A DNA stretch of 64,000 bases from an uncultured Pelagibacteraceae bacterium (GCA_902594335.1 CACJLY010000006.1:35183-99182); one strand, 5' to 3'; numbered from the stretch's first letter, positions 38,917 to 50,608 are shown. Notes: generated from the letters alone by a model not told the origin. Made by a program: numbers and translations.

Positions 38917-40083
38917 TTAAGCACTTCTATATAATTTAGTCATAACGAACTCTTTATGACCTAGAGCTTCAGCGCAAGTTAATCTTCCATTTGCAACTCT
39001 TAAAGTTGATTTGATTAACTCATCTCCAGCTTGACTTAAATTTATTTCTCTGGATAAAATTTTTGAAACATCCACGTCAATATGCTCACTCATTGTTTTT
39101 GCGGTAAGAGGATTTGCAGTTAATTTAATTACAGGTTCAATAGGATTTCCTATAATATTACCTTGTCCAGTGGGGAATAAATGAATATTAAAACCCCCAG
39201 CTGCTTGCAAAGTAACACATTCAGCTGCTGCTGAGGATGTATCCATAAAATATAATCCTGCACCTTTTGTAGGTTCCTCTGCTGGCTCTAGGACATCAAT
39301 GAATTGACATCCTCCAATTTTTTGGAAGTTACCAAACGCTTTTTCTTCAATTGTAGTTAATCCTCCTGCAATATTTCCAGCAGTTGGTTGACTTTCTGAT
39401 AAATCGTCTGTTGCTTCCTTAAGAATAAAATCATTATAATCATTCCATGTCTTTTTAAACTTTGCTTGAGCCACCGGAGTTTTACCTCTTTTTTCACAAA
39501 CTGTTTCAGCTCCTGTAAGTTCAGAAGTCTCTCCAAAACATAAATGAACACCAAGCGGTTCTAATTTATCCATAAGATTTCCAACAGTAGGATTAGATGC
39601 TAATCCTGATGTTGTATCTGACTCTCCACATTTTACCGAAATCCATAAATCACTTATCGGACATTCCTCTCTTTGTTTTTCTGATGCCCACATTGAAAAT
39701 TCTTGCGCCTTTTTTGAAACTTTTGCAATTGTGTCTATATCTCCAACACCTTCGATACTAAAACCTTCAACCGGCTTTCCAGTACTCGCAATTGCATCTA
39801 CAATTCTTTTTGTCCATTTAGGTTCGATACCAATAACAATTACAGCTGCAACGTTTGGATTTTTTCCTGTCCCAATCATTGTTCTAAAATGAAGCTCTAA
39901 GTCTGCACCAAATTGTAATCGTCCGTAAGAATGGGGTAGAGCTATTGTACCTTTTATATTATTTGCCACCGCTTCTGCGCATGCATTTGATATATCGTCT
40001 ACAGGAAGAATAATTACGTGATTTCGTGTTCCTGCACGTCTATTTTCTCTTTTATATCCTAAAAAACTTTTTGGAATTTCCAT
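38917..40083 (-). CDS. suyB: Sulfolactate sulfo-lyase beta subunit (UxaA family)
   Basis: [41 protein letters not shown]; between xsc and TauE gene. Confidence 0.85.
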   Translation of the reverse strand: MEIPKSFLGYKRENRRAGTRNHVIILPVDDISNACAEAVANNIKGTIALPHSYGRLQFGADLELHFRTMIGTGKNPNVAAVIVIGIEPKWTKRIVDAIASTGKPVEGFSIEGVGDIDTIAKVSKKAQEFSMWASEKQREECPISDLWISVKCGESDTTSGLASNPTVGNLMDKLEPLGVHLCFGETSELTGAETVCEKRGKTPVAQAKFKKTWNDYNDFILKEATDDLSESQPTAGNIAGGLTTIEEKAFGNFQKIGGCQFIDVLEPAEEPTKGAGLYFMDTSSAAAECVTLQAAGGFNIHLFPTGQGNIIGNPIEPVIKLTANPLTAKTMSEHIDVDVSKILSREINLSQAGDELIKSTLRVANGRLTCAEALGHKEFVMTKLYRSA

Positions 40084-40086
40084 TTA

Positions 40087-40374
40087 TTACCACTTTTTTG
40101 TTTTTACGTTATGAACATGAACATGTTCACCTTTTTTAATATTTTTAACTACTTTCCCAATATCATGTCCATATTTCAAAATAGTGTCACCTTCATTTAA
40201 ATCTGCCATTGCAATTTTATGACCTAAGGGTATTTCGTCTTTTGATTGTATTGAAACTGATTTATCATTTTCCATAATCCAACAATTACAATCTTGATCT
40301 GGTGTTATTTTCTCTATAACAACTACGCCAACGTTATCTTTTTCATCGTGTATTATTATATCAGTATTTGACAT
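40087..40374 (-). CDS. suyA: Sulfolactate sulfo-lyase alpha subunit (SAF domain)
   Basis: DNVGVVV, IPLGHKIA, KYGHDIG, HVHVHNVK. Confidence 0.85.
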   Translation of the reverse strand: MSNTDIIIHDEKDNVGVVVIEKITPDQDCNCWIMENDKSVSIQSKDEIPLGHKIAMADLNEGDTILKYGHDIGKVVKNIKKGEHVHVHNVKTKKW

Positions 40375-40462
40375 TGTGACGATTTCTTTATTTGAAATTC
40401 GTTAAATCTTATATATTAATCGAAAACTTTGACAATTAAAAAAAAATTAGAAAGGCTGAACT

Positions 40463-42244
40463 ATGACTAAAATGACAACTGAAGAAGCATTTATAAAAGT
40501 TCTTCAAATGCACGGAATTGAACACTCGTTTGGAATAATAGGATCAGCTTTTATGGCAATATCTGATTTATTTCCAAAAGCTGGAATCACTTTTTGGGAT
40601 GTAGCTCATGAGACAAATGGTGGCTTAATTGCAGATGGATACACAAGAGCTACTGGAAAAATGTCCATGGTAATTGCTCAAAATGGGCCAGGGATTACTG
40701 GATTAGTTACGCCAATTAAAACAGCTTACTGGAACCATACCCCTTTATTATTAGTAACTCCTCAAGCAGCAAATAAAACAATGGGTCAAGGTGGCTTTCA
40801 AGAAGTTGAGCAAATGAATTTATTTAAAGATATGGTTTGCTATCAGGAAGAAGTTAGAGATCCTTCAAGAATGGCAGAAGTACTGAACAGAGTAATAGAA
40901 AAAGCATTTAGAGGATCAGCTCCAGCGCAAATAAATGTGCCTAGAGATTATTGGACACAAGTAATTGATATTGAGTTACCACCAATTGTTAGGTTTGAAA
41001 GACAAGGTGGAGGAAAAGATGCTATTGAAAAAGCTGCAAAGCTTTTATCAGATGCAAAATTTCCAGTAATATTATCCGGAGCAGGTGTCGTTATTGGTGA
41101 TGCAATTGATGAATGTAAAAAGTTAGCTGAGAAGTTAGATGCTCCAGTATGCAATGGATATCAACATAATGATAGTTTTCCAGGAAGTCATCCTTTAGCA
41201 GCAGGACCATTAGGATACAATGGATCTAAGGCCGGCATGGAATTAATTTCAAAAGCAGATGTAGTTTTAGCATTAGGCACAAGACTGAATCCATTCTCAA
41301 CATTACCAGGATACGGAATTGATTATTGGCCAAAAAATGCAACTATAATTCAGGTTGATATGAACCCTGATAGAATTGGTCTTACGAAAAAAGTGACAGT
41401 AGGCATCTGTGGCGACGCAAAGATGGTTTCACAGCAAATTTTAGAAAAATTACTACCATCAGCTGGAGATAATGAAAGAGAAGAAAGAAAAAATTTAATT
41501 CATAAAACAAAGTCAGCGTGGTTGCAAACACTAACAAGTCTAGATCATGAGGATGATGACCCAGGAACTGTCTGGAACAAAGAGGCAAGAGAAAGAGATT
41601 CGGATAGAATGTCACCAAGACAAGCTTGGAGAGCAATACAAGCTGGAATTCCAGAAGATGCAATTATATCAAGCGATATTGGAAATAATTGTGCAATTGG
41701 AAATGCATACCCAACTTTTGAAAAACCAAGAAAATATCTTGCACCAGGTTTATTTGGTCCATGTGGATATGGTTTTCCATCCATACTGGGTGCGAAAATA
41801 GGATGCCCCGATACACCTGTAATTGGATTTGCTGGAGATGGTGCTTTTGGTATTAGCATGAATGAAATGAGTTCATGTGCTCGACAAGAATGGCCAGCGA
41901 TAACTATGGTAATATTTAGAAATTACCAATGGGGTGCAGAAAAAAGAAATTCAATTCTTTGGTTCGATGATAACTTTATTGGTACAGAATTGGATCCAGA
42001 ATTAAGTTACGCTAAAGTTGCTAATGCTTGTGGATTAAAAGGTGTTGCAGTTAAAACCATGGAAGAAACTACCGAAGCAATAAAACAATCTTGCAAAGAC
42101 CAGAAAAAAGGAATTACAACGTTCATTGAGGTTATTTTAAATCAAGAACTAGGTGAGCCATTTAGACGAGATGCCATGAAGAAACCTGTTCAAGTCGCAG
42201 GTATTAGTAAAAGTGATATGAAACCACAAAAAAGTTTAGTTTAA
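40463..42244 (+). CDS. xsc: Sulfoacetaldehyde acetyltransferase
   Basis: MTTEEAF, FGIIGSA, ThDP motif GDGAFG...N, LGEPFRRDAMKKP. Confidence 0.95.
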   Translation: MTKMTTEEAFIKVLQMHGIEHSFGIIGSAFMAISDLFPKAGITFWDVAHETNGGLIADGYTRATGKMSMVIAQNGPGITGLVTPIKTAYWNHTPLLLVTPQAANKTMGQGGFQEVEQMNLFKDMVCYQEEVRDPSRMAEVLNRVIEKAFRGSAPAQINVPRDYWTQVIDIELPPIVRFERQGGGKDAIEKAAKLLSDAKFPVILSGAGVVIGDAIDECKKLAEKLDAPVCNGYQHNDSFPGSHPLAAGPLGYNGSKAGMELISKADVVLALGTRLNPFSTLPGYGIDYWPKNATIIQVDMNPDRIGLTKKVTVGICGDAKMVSQQILEKLLPSAGDNEREERKNLIHKTKSAWLQTLTSLDHEDDDPGTVWNKEARERDSDRMSPRQAWRAIQAGIPEDAIISSDIGNNCAIGNAYPTFEKPRKYLAPGLFGPCGYGFPSILGAKIGCPDTPVIGFAGDGAFGISMNEMSSCARQEWPAITMVIFRNYQWGAEKRNSILWFDDNFIGTELDPELSYAKVANACGLKGVAVKTMEETTEAIKQSCKDQKKGITTFIEVILNQELGEPFRRDAMKKPVQVAGISKSDMKPQKSLV

Positions 42245-42249
42245 AATTA

Positions 42250-42963
42250 TTATTTTTTTATTAATATTTTCTCAATTATACAGTAAATTAATGTGAAGAG
42301 ATACTTTGATCCTAATTCTTGTATTTTAAATTTTGTGTAGCCGCTTTTTCTGTTTTGCCAACTAATTGGAATAATTTCATACTTTAAATTTCTTCCAATT
42401 ACTTTTAATGGAATCTCAAGAAAAATGTTAAAACTTTCAGATACTAGAGGCATAGTGCTTTTTAAACTTTCTTTTTTGTAAATTTTAAAAGCATTAGTAA
42501 AATCGTTATATTTACTAAAATATAAAATTTTAACAAAAGTATTAAATAATCTATTTAATATTAACTTTTTTAACGGATAGTCAATACAAGATGAACCTTT
42601 TATAAATCTTGATCCAAAAACAGCATCTAGATTATTTTCTGTTATCGTTTTATAATATTTAGTCATATCTCCAATATCATCTGATAAATCAGCCATCATC
42701 ACGCAACAATAATTTCCTTTTGATTCTTCAATTCCTAAATTTATTGCTCCACCAATTCCCTTGTTTTTATTATTTAAATACTTAATTGATTTATTTTCAA
42801 TCGAATATTTTTTTATAATCTCTAAAGAAGAATCTTGACTGAAATCATTAACAAAAATAATCTCATAATCGAAAGGAATTTTAGTTTTTTCAAATAAATT
42901 TATAATATTTTCTATATTTTCTTCTTCATCTCGTATAGGAAATATAATAGACAACATATGCAT
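42250..42963 (-). CDS. Glycosyltransferase family 2 (DPM-synthase-like)
   Basis: SIIFP, VNDFSQD, MADLSD, GSRF, DFTNAFK; start may be 42957. Confidence 0.88.
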   Translation of the reverse strand: MHMLSIIFPIRDEEENIENIINLFEKTKIPFDYEIIFVNDFSQDSSLEIIKKYSIENKSIKYLNNKNKGIGGAINLGIEESKGNYCCVMMADLSDDIGDMTKYYKTITENNLDAVFGSRFIKGSSCIDYPLKKLILNRLFNTFVKILYFSKYNDFTNAFKIYKKESLKSTMPLVSESFNIFLEIPLKVIGRNLKYEIIPISWQNRKSGYTKFKIQELGSKYLFTLIYCIIEKILIKK

Positions 42964-42971
42964 TTAATTTA

Positions 42972-43997
<1,026 letters not shown>

Positions 43998-45050
43998 ATG
44001 AGTATAATTATAATTACAGGATCTTGTGGTCTAGTTGGCTCAGAGGCTACTGAATTTTTTTCATCTAAAGGTTTTGATGTGGTTGGTATTGATAACAATC
44101 AAAGAAAAAAACTTTTTGGCAAACAAGGAGATACCAACTGGATAAAAAAAAATTTAAAAAAAAGATATAAAAATTATTTACATTTTGATTGTGATATAAG
44201 AAATAGAAATAGTCTTGAAAAAATATTTAAAAAATATAAAAAAAATATTTTTTCTATAATTCATTGTGCGGCGCAACCATCACATGACTGGGCATACAAT
44301 AATCCAAGGCTAGATTTTGAAATTAATTCTCTTTCAACATTAAATCTTTTAGAATTAACAAAAAAATATTGTCCTAATTCAAAATTTATTTTTATGTCTA
44401 CAAATAAAGTTTACGGAGATAGCCCAAATTACTTAAAATCAAAAGAATTTAAGTATCGTTATGATCTCAATAAAAATCATATGTATTACAAAGGTATTAA
44501 TGAAAACTTGTCATTGGATAAAAGTGTTCATAGTTTGTTTGGAGTATCTAAGACATATGCAGATTTAATAGTACAAGAATACGGTAAAAATTTTGGACTT
44601 AAGACAGTTTGTTTTAGAGCTGGATGTATCACAGGTCCTGCTCATTCTTCAGCAAAACTTCACGGCTTTTTATCTTTTTTAGTTAAGAATATAACTATTA
44701 ATAAAGAATATAATATAATCGGATATTCAGGAAAACAAGTAAGAGATAATATTCATTCTAAAGATTTAATTAATTGTTTTTGGGAATACTTAAAAAAACC
44801 AACCTCGGGAGAAGTTTATAATATAGGTGGAGGTAGATTCTCTAACTGCTCTATACTTGAAGCAATTAATATAGTAAGAAATTTAACAGATATTAATATT
44901 AAAATTACTGTCATGAAAAAACCAAGAGTTGGAGATCACAAATGGTATATTAGTAATTGTAGTAAATTCAAAAAAGACTTTCCAAAATGGAAACAATTTT
45001 ATAACACAAAAAAAATAATCGAAGAGTTGGTAGATTATAGTAAAAATTAA
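43998..45050 (+). CDS. NAD-dependent epimerase (CDP-paratose/tyvelose 2-epimerase-like)
   Basis: ITGSCGLVG, AAQPSHD, STNKVYGD, GKQVRD, RVGDH. Confidence 0.85.
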   Translation: MSIIIITGSCGLVGSEATEFFSSKGFDVVGIDNNQRKKLFGKQGDTNWIKKNLKKRYKNYLHFDCDIRNRNSLEKIFKKYKKNIFSIIHCAAQPSHDWAYNNPRLDFEINSLSTLNLLELTKKYCPNSKFIFMSTNKVYGDSPNYLKSKEFKYRYDLNKNHMYYKGINENLSLDKSVHSLFGVSKTYADLIVQEYGKNFGLKTVCFRAGCITGPAHSSAKLHGFLSFLVKNITINKEYNIIGYSGKQVRDNIHSKDLINCFWEYLKKPTSGEVYNIGGGRFSNCSILEAINIVRNLTDINIKITVMKKPRVGDHKWYISNCSKFKKDFPKWKQFYNTKKIIEELVDYSKN

Positions 45051-45100
45051 TTTATTAATGTTTATTTTTAATATTTCATTTAGTAATATAATTTTATCCT

Positions 45101-46102
45101 ATGGAAGTAAAATTAGATAAGTGGTTCAGACCAAATATAGATAAGGAAGTTTTAAGAGAGCTTACAAAAAAATCTGATATCAAAGGATTGAAGCATGTAT
45201 GCATTTATTTTGGCTTACTAATTTTTGTAGGATGTTTAGCATATTTTTTTTGGGGCACATGGTGGTCAGTCTTTTGGTTTTACATTTATGGGAATATTTA
45301 TTGTTTTTGCAATCCTATTTGGCACGAAACAGGTCATAAAACAGCATTCAAAAGTAAATTTCTAAATGAAATATTTTACTACGTTTCATGTTTTATGGCA
45401 TATTTTGAGCCTACAAGATGGAGATTTACACATTTTGTTCACCACGGAAATACTTATTCAACAAAACATCCTTATGATCATGAAATTGAATATGACAATA
45501 ATTTAAAAGATACTCCTAAAAAATTAATAATGAATTTAATTCCTTTTGGTGAATTATTATTTTTCAAAAAAAGTATAGCTTTTGAAGTCATAAAACATGC
45601 TTTTGGCATACAAACTAAAGTTATGATTGATAGTATACCAGAAAATGCAAGACCAAGAGCTATTTTGATATCAAGAATTTATGTTGGCATCTGGTTTTCT
45701 ATAATTGTATGGTCTTTATTAATATCTTCATGGTTACCAACATTATATCTTTTATTACCTCATTATTATGGAAAAGGATTACATAAGTTTGTTGCCTTTA
45801 CACAACATGCTGGTTTAGCAAGAGATGTAAAAGATCATAGATTATCAGCAAGGGATATGAAATTAAATCCAATTTTAAGCTTTTTGTACTGGAAGATGGA
45901 GTATCATTGTGTGCATCATATGTTTCCAACTGTTCCAGCTTATAATTTAGAAAAATTACACTATCATTTGAAGGATCAATTACCCGAAATTAAAAATGGA
46001 TTATTTGAAACTTATAAAGAAATAATTCCAGCTCTTAAAAAACAAAGAGATGAACCAAATTATCATTTAGATATCTCTTTACCAGAGCAACAAGCTTCTT
46101 AA
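45101..46102 (+). CDS. Membrane di-iron fatty-acid-desaturase-family oxygenase (MocD-like)
   Basis: His boxes HETGH, HFVHH and EYHCVHH; TQHAGL. Confidence 0.85.
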   Translation: MEVKLDKWFRPNIDKEVLRELTKKSDIKGLKHVCIYFGLLIFVGCLAYFFWGTWWSVFWFYIYGNIYCFCNPIWHETGHKTAFKSKFLNEIFYYVSCFMAYFEPTRWRFTHFVHHGNTYSTKHPYDHEIEYDNNLKDTPKKLIMNLIPFGELLFFKKSIAFEVIKHAFGIQTKVMIDSIPENARPRAILISRIYVGIWFSIIVWSLLISSWLPTLYLLLPHYYGKGLHKFVAFTQHAGLARDVKDHRLSARDMKLNPILSFLYWKMEYHCVHHMFPTVPAYNLEKLHYHLKDQLPEIKNGLFETYKEIIPALKKQRDEPNYHLDISLPEQQAS

Positions 46103-46302
46103 TGTATAAAAATTATAAATTGTTGTTATTTTTAGGGGCAGCAATTATTTTTCTTTATTTTAGTGTAGGAAAATATGAGGAATTTAGTCTTAAAAAATCT
46201 ATATCAGCTTGTGTCATAGCTAAAGGTAAAATACTTAAAGAAATAGCCCCACAAGAAGCTAGAGTTATTTGTGAAAAGGAAATTAGGGAACAACTAGAAT
46301 AG
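46102..46302 (+). CDS. Small hypothetical membrane-anchored protein
   Basis: 66 aa, N-terminal TM, two Cys; TAATG overlap with upstream gene. Confidence 0.65.
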   Translation: MYKNYKLLLFLGAAIIFLYFSVGKYEEFSLKKSISACVIAKGKILKEIAPQEARVICEKEIREQLE

Positions 46303-47568
46303 TTAGAGAAGACTTGGTAACCAAGTAGAAAATATTGGAAATAATATCATCAATATTCCATAAATAATTCCAACAATCGTAAATAATGGCACTTCTTTAA
46401 ACGCATTTGCAGGATTTTCTTTTATAACGCCAGCTGCAGTATAAATTCCTACACAAACAGGCGGCGTAATCATTCCTATCCCAGCAAAAGCAACAAATAC
46501 TACATATAAATGAAGTAAGCTTTGATCAAAAGATAGAGTTAAAGCTGCAAAAATTGGAACAGTTAAGTAAAATACTGGAACTATTTCGATAAAAGTCCCT
46601 AGAACTAAACATACAACACCTAGCATAGACCAGAATAAATTCACACTTACACCCATATCAGTAAAGTAAGTAATAATTTTTTGAGGTGCTTGTGTATAAG
46701 TAAGCACAACACTTAAAAAAGTTGCTGTCGCAATAATTGAAAATATTACTGCAGTAATTATAGCTGTATCTTTCAAACAACTTAAAAGAGATGAAAAAGT
46801 TAATTCTCTATAAATCAAAAATCCTATTGCTACTGCATAAACTCCTGCGACCGCTGCAGACTCTGATGGTGTCAAAAAACCTGCGTATATTCCACCTAAT
46901 ATTATAATTGGAGTTATTAAAGCTGGAAGTGCAGCTACAAAAGAACTAAATCTCTCTTTAAGGGTTGCTTTTCTATCTGCTCTTATGTGTCTACATTTAA
47001 ATAAAACTAATAGAACCATTAAAATTAAAAGTATAATTCCTGGTATTACTCCAGCTGCAAATGTTTTAGAAACAGGGACATATGTAAGTGCACTAAATAA
47101 AATAGCAGCATTTGATGGAGGTATTAAAGCTTCAAGTAATGCAGCAGATGCAGCTAAAACAACAACGAATGGTGTAGGGTAACCCTGCTCAATCATTTTG
47201 GGCATCATGATTGTGCCCACTGCGGTTATTGCGGCTAATATAGATCCACAAAATGCTGCAAAAAATCCCATAGCAATAACCATTGCAACACCCAATCCTC
47301 CAGGCCAATGTCCAACTAAAGTTGTTGCAAACCTGACAAGTCTAAGTGCTGCACCACCTTTAAGCATCGCCATTCCACTAAAAATAAATAAAGGAACTGC
47401 TATAAGGACATGTTTTGTAAGAGCCCCAAAAGACACTTGAATTAGAACAGACCAAGGTAGATTTAGTCCTCCAATAGCAGCTATAGAGCTACCTAAACCA
47501 AATACTAAAAAAATTGGAACAGAGATGATCAAAGCTAATAGAGATAATATAGATGCCAATACAAACAT
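46303..47568 (-). CDS. dctM: TRAP transporter large permease
   Basis: AVPLFI, PGGLG, LIPPSN, TPSESA, ITPPV. Confidence 0.92.
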   Translation of the reverse strand: MFVLASILSLLALIISVPIFLVFGLGSSIAAIGGLNLPWSVLIQVSFGALTKHVLIAVPLFIFSGMAMLKGGAALRLVRFATTLVGHWPGGLGVAMVIAMGFFAAFCGSILAAITAVGTIMMPKMIEQGYPTPFVVVLAASAALLEALIPPSNAAILFSALTYVPVSKTFAAGVIPGIILLILMVLLVLFKCRHIRADRKATLKERFSSFVAALPALITPIIILGGIYAGFLTPSESAAVAGVYAVAIGFLIYRELTFSSLLSCLKDTAIITAVIFSIIATATFLSVVLTYTQAPQKIITYFTDMGVSVNLFWSMLGVVCLVLGTFIEIVPVFYLTVPIFAALTLSFDQSLLHLYVVFVAFAGIGMITPPVCVGIYTAAGVIKENPANAFKEVPLFTIVGIIYGILMILFPIFSTWLPSLL

Positions 47569-48060
47569 TTAATTTCTTATTAAATTTATAATGTTATCGA
47601 ATATTAACTCTAAGGAGGTAAGAGCTAATATAAAAAAACCAACAGGAAATGCTAAAAACATCCACCATATTGGAATGCTAATTTCAATTTCCATGACTTG
47701 ACCTAAATTGAAATACATTATTGTTGCATCAAGACCAGCTTTAAAAAAAATGCAAGCAGATATAAGTGCAACTATGTTTACAATTAAAAACAAAATTTCC
47801 TTATTTTTTTTTGAAAGTAAGGGAGTTAAAAAATCAACTTTAATATGCTGTCCTTTTTTGAGCAAAGGTCCTAATAAAGGAAATACTAGCCAACTAACCA
47901 ACACTGGAGGTAATTCTATAAACCAGGCAAATCCAGTCCCAGTTATGAAACGTGTGGCTGCACTTAGAAATAATGCAGCAACCATTATAAAAATGATTGA
48001 CATTGCGAGAGCTAATGAAGCCGAAGCTAGATAATTATTAACTGCTCGCAACGCTTTCAT
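47569..48060 (-). CDS. dctQ: TRAP transporter small permease
   Basis: About 4 TM segments, GQHIKVD, IPIWW. Confidence 0.85.
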   Translation of the reverse strand: MKALRAVNNYLASASLALAMSIIFIMVAALFLSAATRFITGTGFAWFIELPPVLVSWLVFPLLGPLLKKGQHIKVDFLTPLLSKKNKEILFLIVNIVALISACIFFKAGLDATIMYFNLGQVMEIEISIPIWWMFLAFPVGFFILALTSLELIFDNIINLIRN

Positions 48061-48086
48061 TTTTTTAGATTAAGCAAAAACTTATT

Positions 48087-49103
48087 CTAATTATTATTTG
48101 CGTAATCTTGTGCTGCTTTTAAAGCATCAGCATCAATCATTTTAGCCATCGCAGGCATAACTTTATCTTTCATTAGCTTATCAAATTTAGCTTTTTCAGC
48201 TCCTGAAAGAGTAGTTACTACACCACCTCTATCTTGAAATTCTTTAAGAACAGTTTCACCATGATCCATAATTCTGTCTGTTGAAAGTGTTCCCACTTCT
48301 TTACCAACATCCATTATTATTTTCTGTAAATCAGCAGGTAAACTATTAAACCAACTAGAGTTAGCCATTATGTATGCATCTGCATAGTATTGGTAAGGTT
48401 TTTGAGCGTATTTTAAAAATTCCCACCAACTGTATGCTTTTATACTTCCTGGAGGACTATTTATCGTGTCAATCATTCCAGACTGTAAAGCATTATATAC
48501 TTCTCCAGTTTTTAAAGATACACGGTTCGCCCCAAGAGCATCCCACATAGGTTCTTCACTTTTAAGCAGTCTTCTAGCTTTAAGACCTTTCATTGCGTCA
48601 ATGCCCGTTAATTCTCTTGCACTTGAAATTGACATTACAGGTCCCACTGGATTGTACATGACTAAAGTTGAATTAGTTTTTTTTGTTAATTCACCCCAAA
48701 TTTCTTTTCCTTTTGACGAATTTTGGAAAAAACCTCTCTGTTGTTCCCAAGAATTAAATAGTCCCGGAAAAGAGGCTACATTAAAGTTTTTATTGATTGG
48801 TGGAAAACTTACAACACCAACAATTCCTCCTAATTCAACAGCTCCTGAAGTTACTGCACCCATTACTTCTCTAATTCCAAAAAGTTGTTTAGATGGATAT
48901 ACCTCAATTTTAAGTTTTCCATTTGCTCTTTTATTTACTTCATCTGCAAAAATTTGAGCATGCTTTGCACTATGATGTTTTGGACTCCAATGAACAGATA
49001 AACGTCCAACAATCTCAGCAAAGGCTGCAGTTGAAGAAATTACAAATGAAATAACTAAGAAAAAGCTAATTAAACTTTTTGATAATATTTTTATTTTATT
49101 CAT
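48087..49103 (-). CDS. dctP: TRAP transporter substrate-binding protein
   Basis: Signal peptide, IEVYPSKQL, MKGLKAR, VYNALQSGMID. Confidence 0.9.
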   Translation of the reverse strand: MNKIKILSKSLISFFLVISFVISSTAAFAEIVGRLSVHWSPKHHSAKHAQIFADEVNKRANGKLKIEVYPSKQLFGIREVMGAVTSGAVELGGIVGVVSFPPINKNFNVASFPGLFNSWEQQRGFFQNSSKGKEIWGELTKKTNSTLVMYNPVGPVMSISSARELTGIDAMKGLKARRLLKSEEPMWDALGANRVSLKTGEVYNALQSGMIDTINSPPGSIKAYSWWEFLKYAQKPYQYYADAYIMANSSWFNSLPADLQKIIMDVGKEVGTLSTDRIMDHGETVLKEFQDRGGVVTTLSGAEKAKFDKLMKDKVMPAMAKMIDADALKAAQDYANNN

Positions 49104-49215
49104 ATTTTACCTCTCTTTTTTTAAATAATCTTATTATTTTGATTCAATTAAAACAATCAAAATAAAACTGCTTAAATTTGAATAATAAGGTCTTAATGTT
49201 ATATTAGTTGTAACC

Positions 49216-49674
49216 ATGATTTACAAATTATCGAAAAGCCTATTTGTGCTTTTTTTTCTACTTTTATTTTCAAATTATTCTTATAGCGAGACTAAAATAG
49301 ATGAAGCTGTTGATAAAACTACAGATTTTTTAAAGTCTGTTTCAAAAAGGGGGCTAAACAAAAATCAAACAGCTGAATTTTTGAATAATTATGCAATTAC
49401 CCTTAAAGATGAAAGAACTGATGGTGAGGTAACCTATATTTTCAATAGCGAGAATTATAAAAGATATAAGGATGGTAATATCATATCCGAAGATGGATGG
49501 AGATTTTCCAAATTAGGAGCTCTAAGATTATTTAACGGTGATGTAAAACTCACCTGGAAAATAAAAATTGGAAAAGAAAATTTAATGGTTATTAAAACCA
49601 AATTTCAACCAATTGGAAAAGAATATCCTTTTACCTATAAATTAAAAAAATTATTTTTTGAGGAAATTCAATGA
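49216..49674 (+). CDS. Exported hypothetical protein
   Basis: 152 aa with signal peptide; no motif recognised. Confidence 0.7.
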   Translation: MIYKLSKSLFVLFFLLLFSNYSYSETKIDEAVDKTTDFLKSVSKRGLNKNQTAEFLNNYAITLKDERTDGEVTYIFNSENYKRYKDGNIISEDGWRFSKLGALRLFNGDVKLTWKIKIGKENLMVIKTKFQPIGKEYPFTYKLKKLFFEEIQ

Positions 49675-49853
49675 ACCCAACAGATATTCTGCTAAGTATT
49701 GCAATTGTTGGGATATACACAATTATTTATGTTTATTTAAAATCTAAATACGATGATAACAAAACTATCATAAAGTTATTTGTTGTTGGATTTATCTACG
49801 CAACGATAATTACTGGTATTCTTTATTATTTGATAAAATTTATATCTTCCTAA
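49671..49853 (+). CDS. Small 2-TM hypothetical protein
   Basis: 60 aa, ATGA overlap with upstream gene, GAGG RBS. Confidence 0.6.
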   Translation: MNPTDILLSIAIVGIYTIIYVYLKSKYDDNKTIIKLFVVGFIYATIITGILYYLIKFISS

Positions 49854-49863
49854 TAAAATTCAT

Positions 49864-50550
49864 ATGAAACATAAATTGGAATTAATTTATTTCAAAATGA
49901 GAGCGCTTGCAGAAGCTCCTCGTTTATTATTTCATTATACTAATATTGAGTATGATGATGTTATGTCATGGGATTATTATGGGAAGGATTGGTCAGAGGT
50001 AAAACCAAATATTCCTTTTAAACAATTACCCATGTTAGTGATCGATAAAAAACATGAAATTTGTCAAAGTATGGCAATAATGACTTTCACGGAAAATTTG
50101 GCAGGTATCAATATTACTGATCCAATATTAAATGCAAAAGCAAACGCAATCATGCAAAGTGCCCAAGAGTTATTTATGCCACTGAATCCAACTGTCAATT
50201 TTGCAACTGGTGAAAAGTTTATAAAAAAAAGAGATGATATGATGCCTTTTTTAATATCTAGATTTGAGGATCTTGAAAAAGCCATGAAGAATAATGATAA
50301 AAAATTCTTTATTTATGATGAGCCAAGAGCATGTGATTTTGTCACGTTTCATCATTTAGATTTATCCAAATTGTTAGATCCCTCATTAATAAAAAAATTT
50401 CCTAGATTAGAAAAATTTCTGGAGGACATAATGTCTATCGAAAGTGTTAAATCTTATTTGGATAAACGTTCTGAATTGATTGATGTAAGTGTTGAACCAA
50501 AATTAATAATTGATGGAGTTCCACATCCAACAGGAGTTAAAAAAAGCTAA
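49864..50550 (+). CDS. Glutathione S-transferase (Tyr-type, sigma/alpha/pi-like N-terminus)
   Basis: LIYFKMRALAEAPRLL, PFKQLPML, QSMAI. Confidence 0.85.
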   Translation: MKHKLELIYFKMRALAEAPRLLFHYTNIEYDDVMSWDYYGKDWSEVKPNIPFKQLPMLVIDKKHEICQSMAIMTFTENLAGINITDPILNAKANAIMQSAQELFMPLNPTVNFATGEKFIKKRDDMMPFLISRFEDLEKAMKNNDKKFFIYDEPRACDFVTFHHLDLSKLLDPSLIKKFPRLEKFLEDIMSIESVKSYLDKRSELIDVSVEPKLIIDGVPHPTGVKKS

Positions 50551-50562
50551 TTTTTTTAATAG

Positions 50563-50591
50563 TTGATTGCGTTATATAAAATTTCTATTAT
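50563..50591 (+). promoter_or_regulatory. Putative sigma70 promoter of tRNA-Met
   Basis: TTGATT-17 nt-TATTAT ending 17 nt before the tRNA. Confidence 0.55.
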
Positions 50592-50608
50592 AACTTTCAG
50601 GAATTTAT

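Noticed and set aside
40087-40374. SAF-domain protein as flagellar FlgA or altronate dehydratase
   Set aside because: Paired with a SuyB-like gene between xsc and a TauE gene; no flagellar or hexuronate context.
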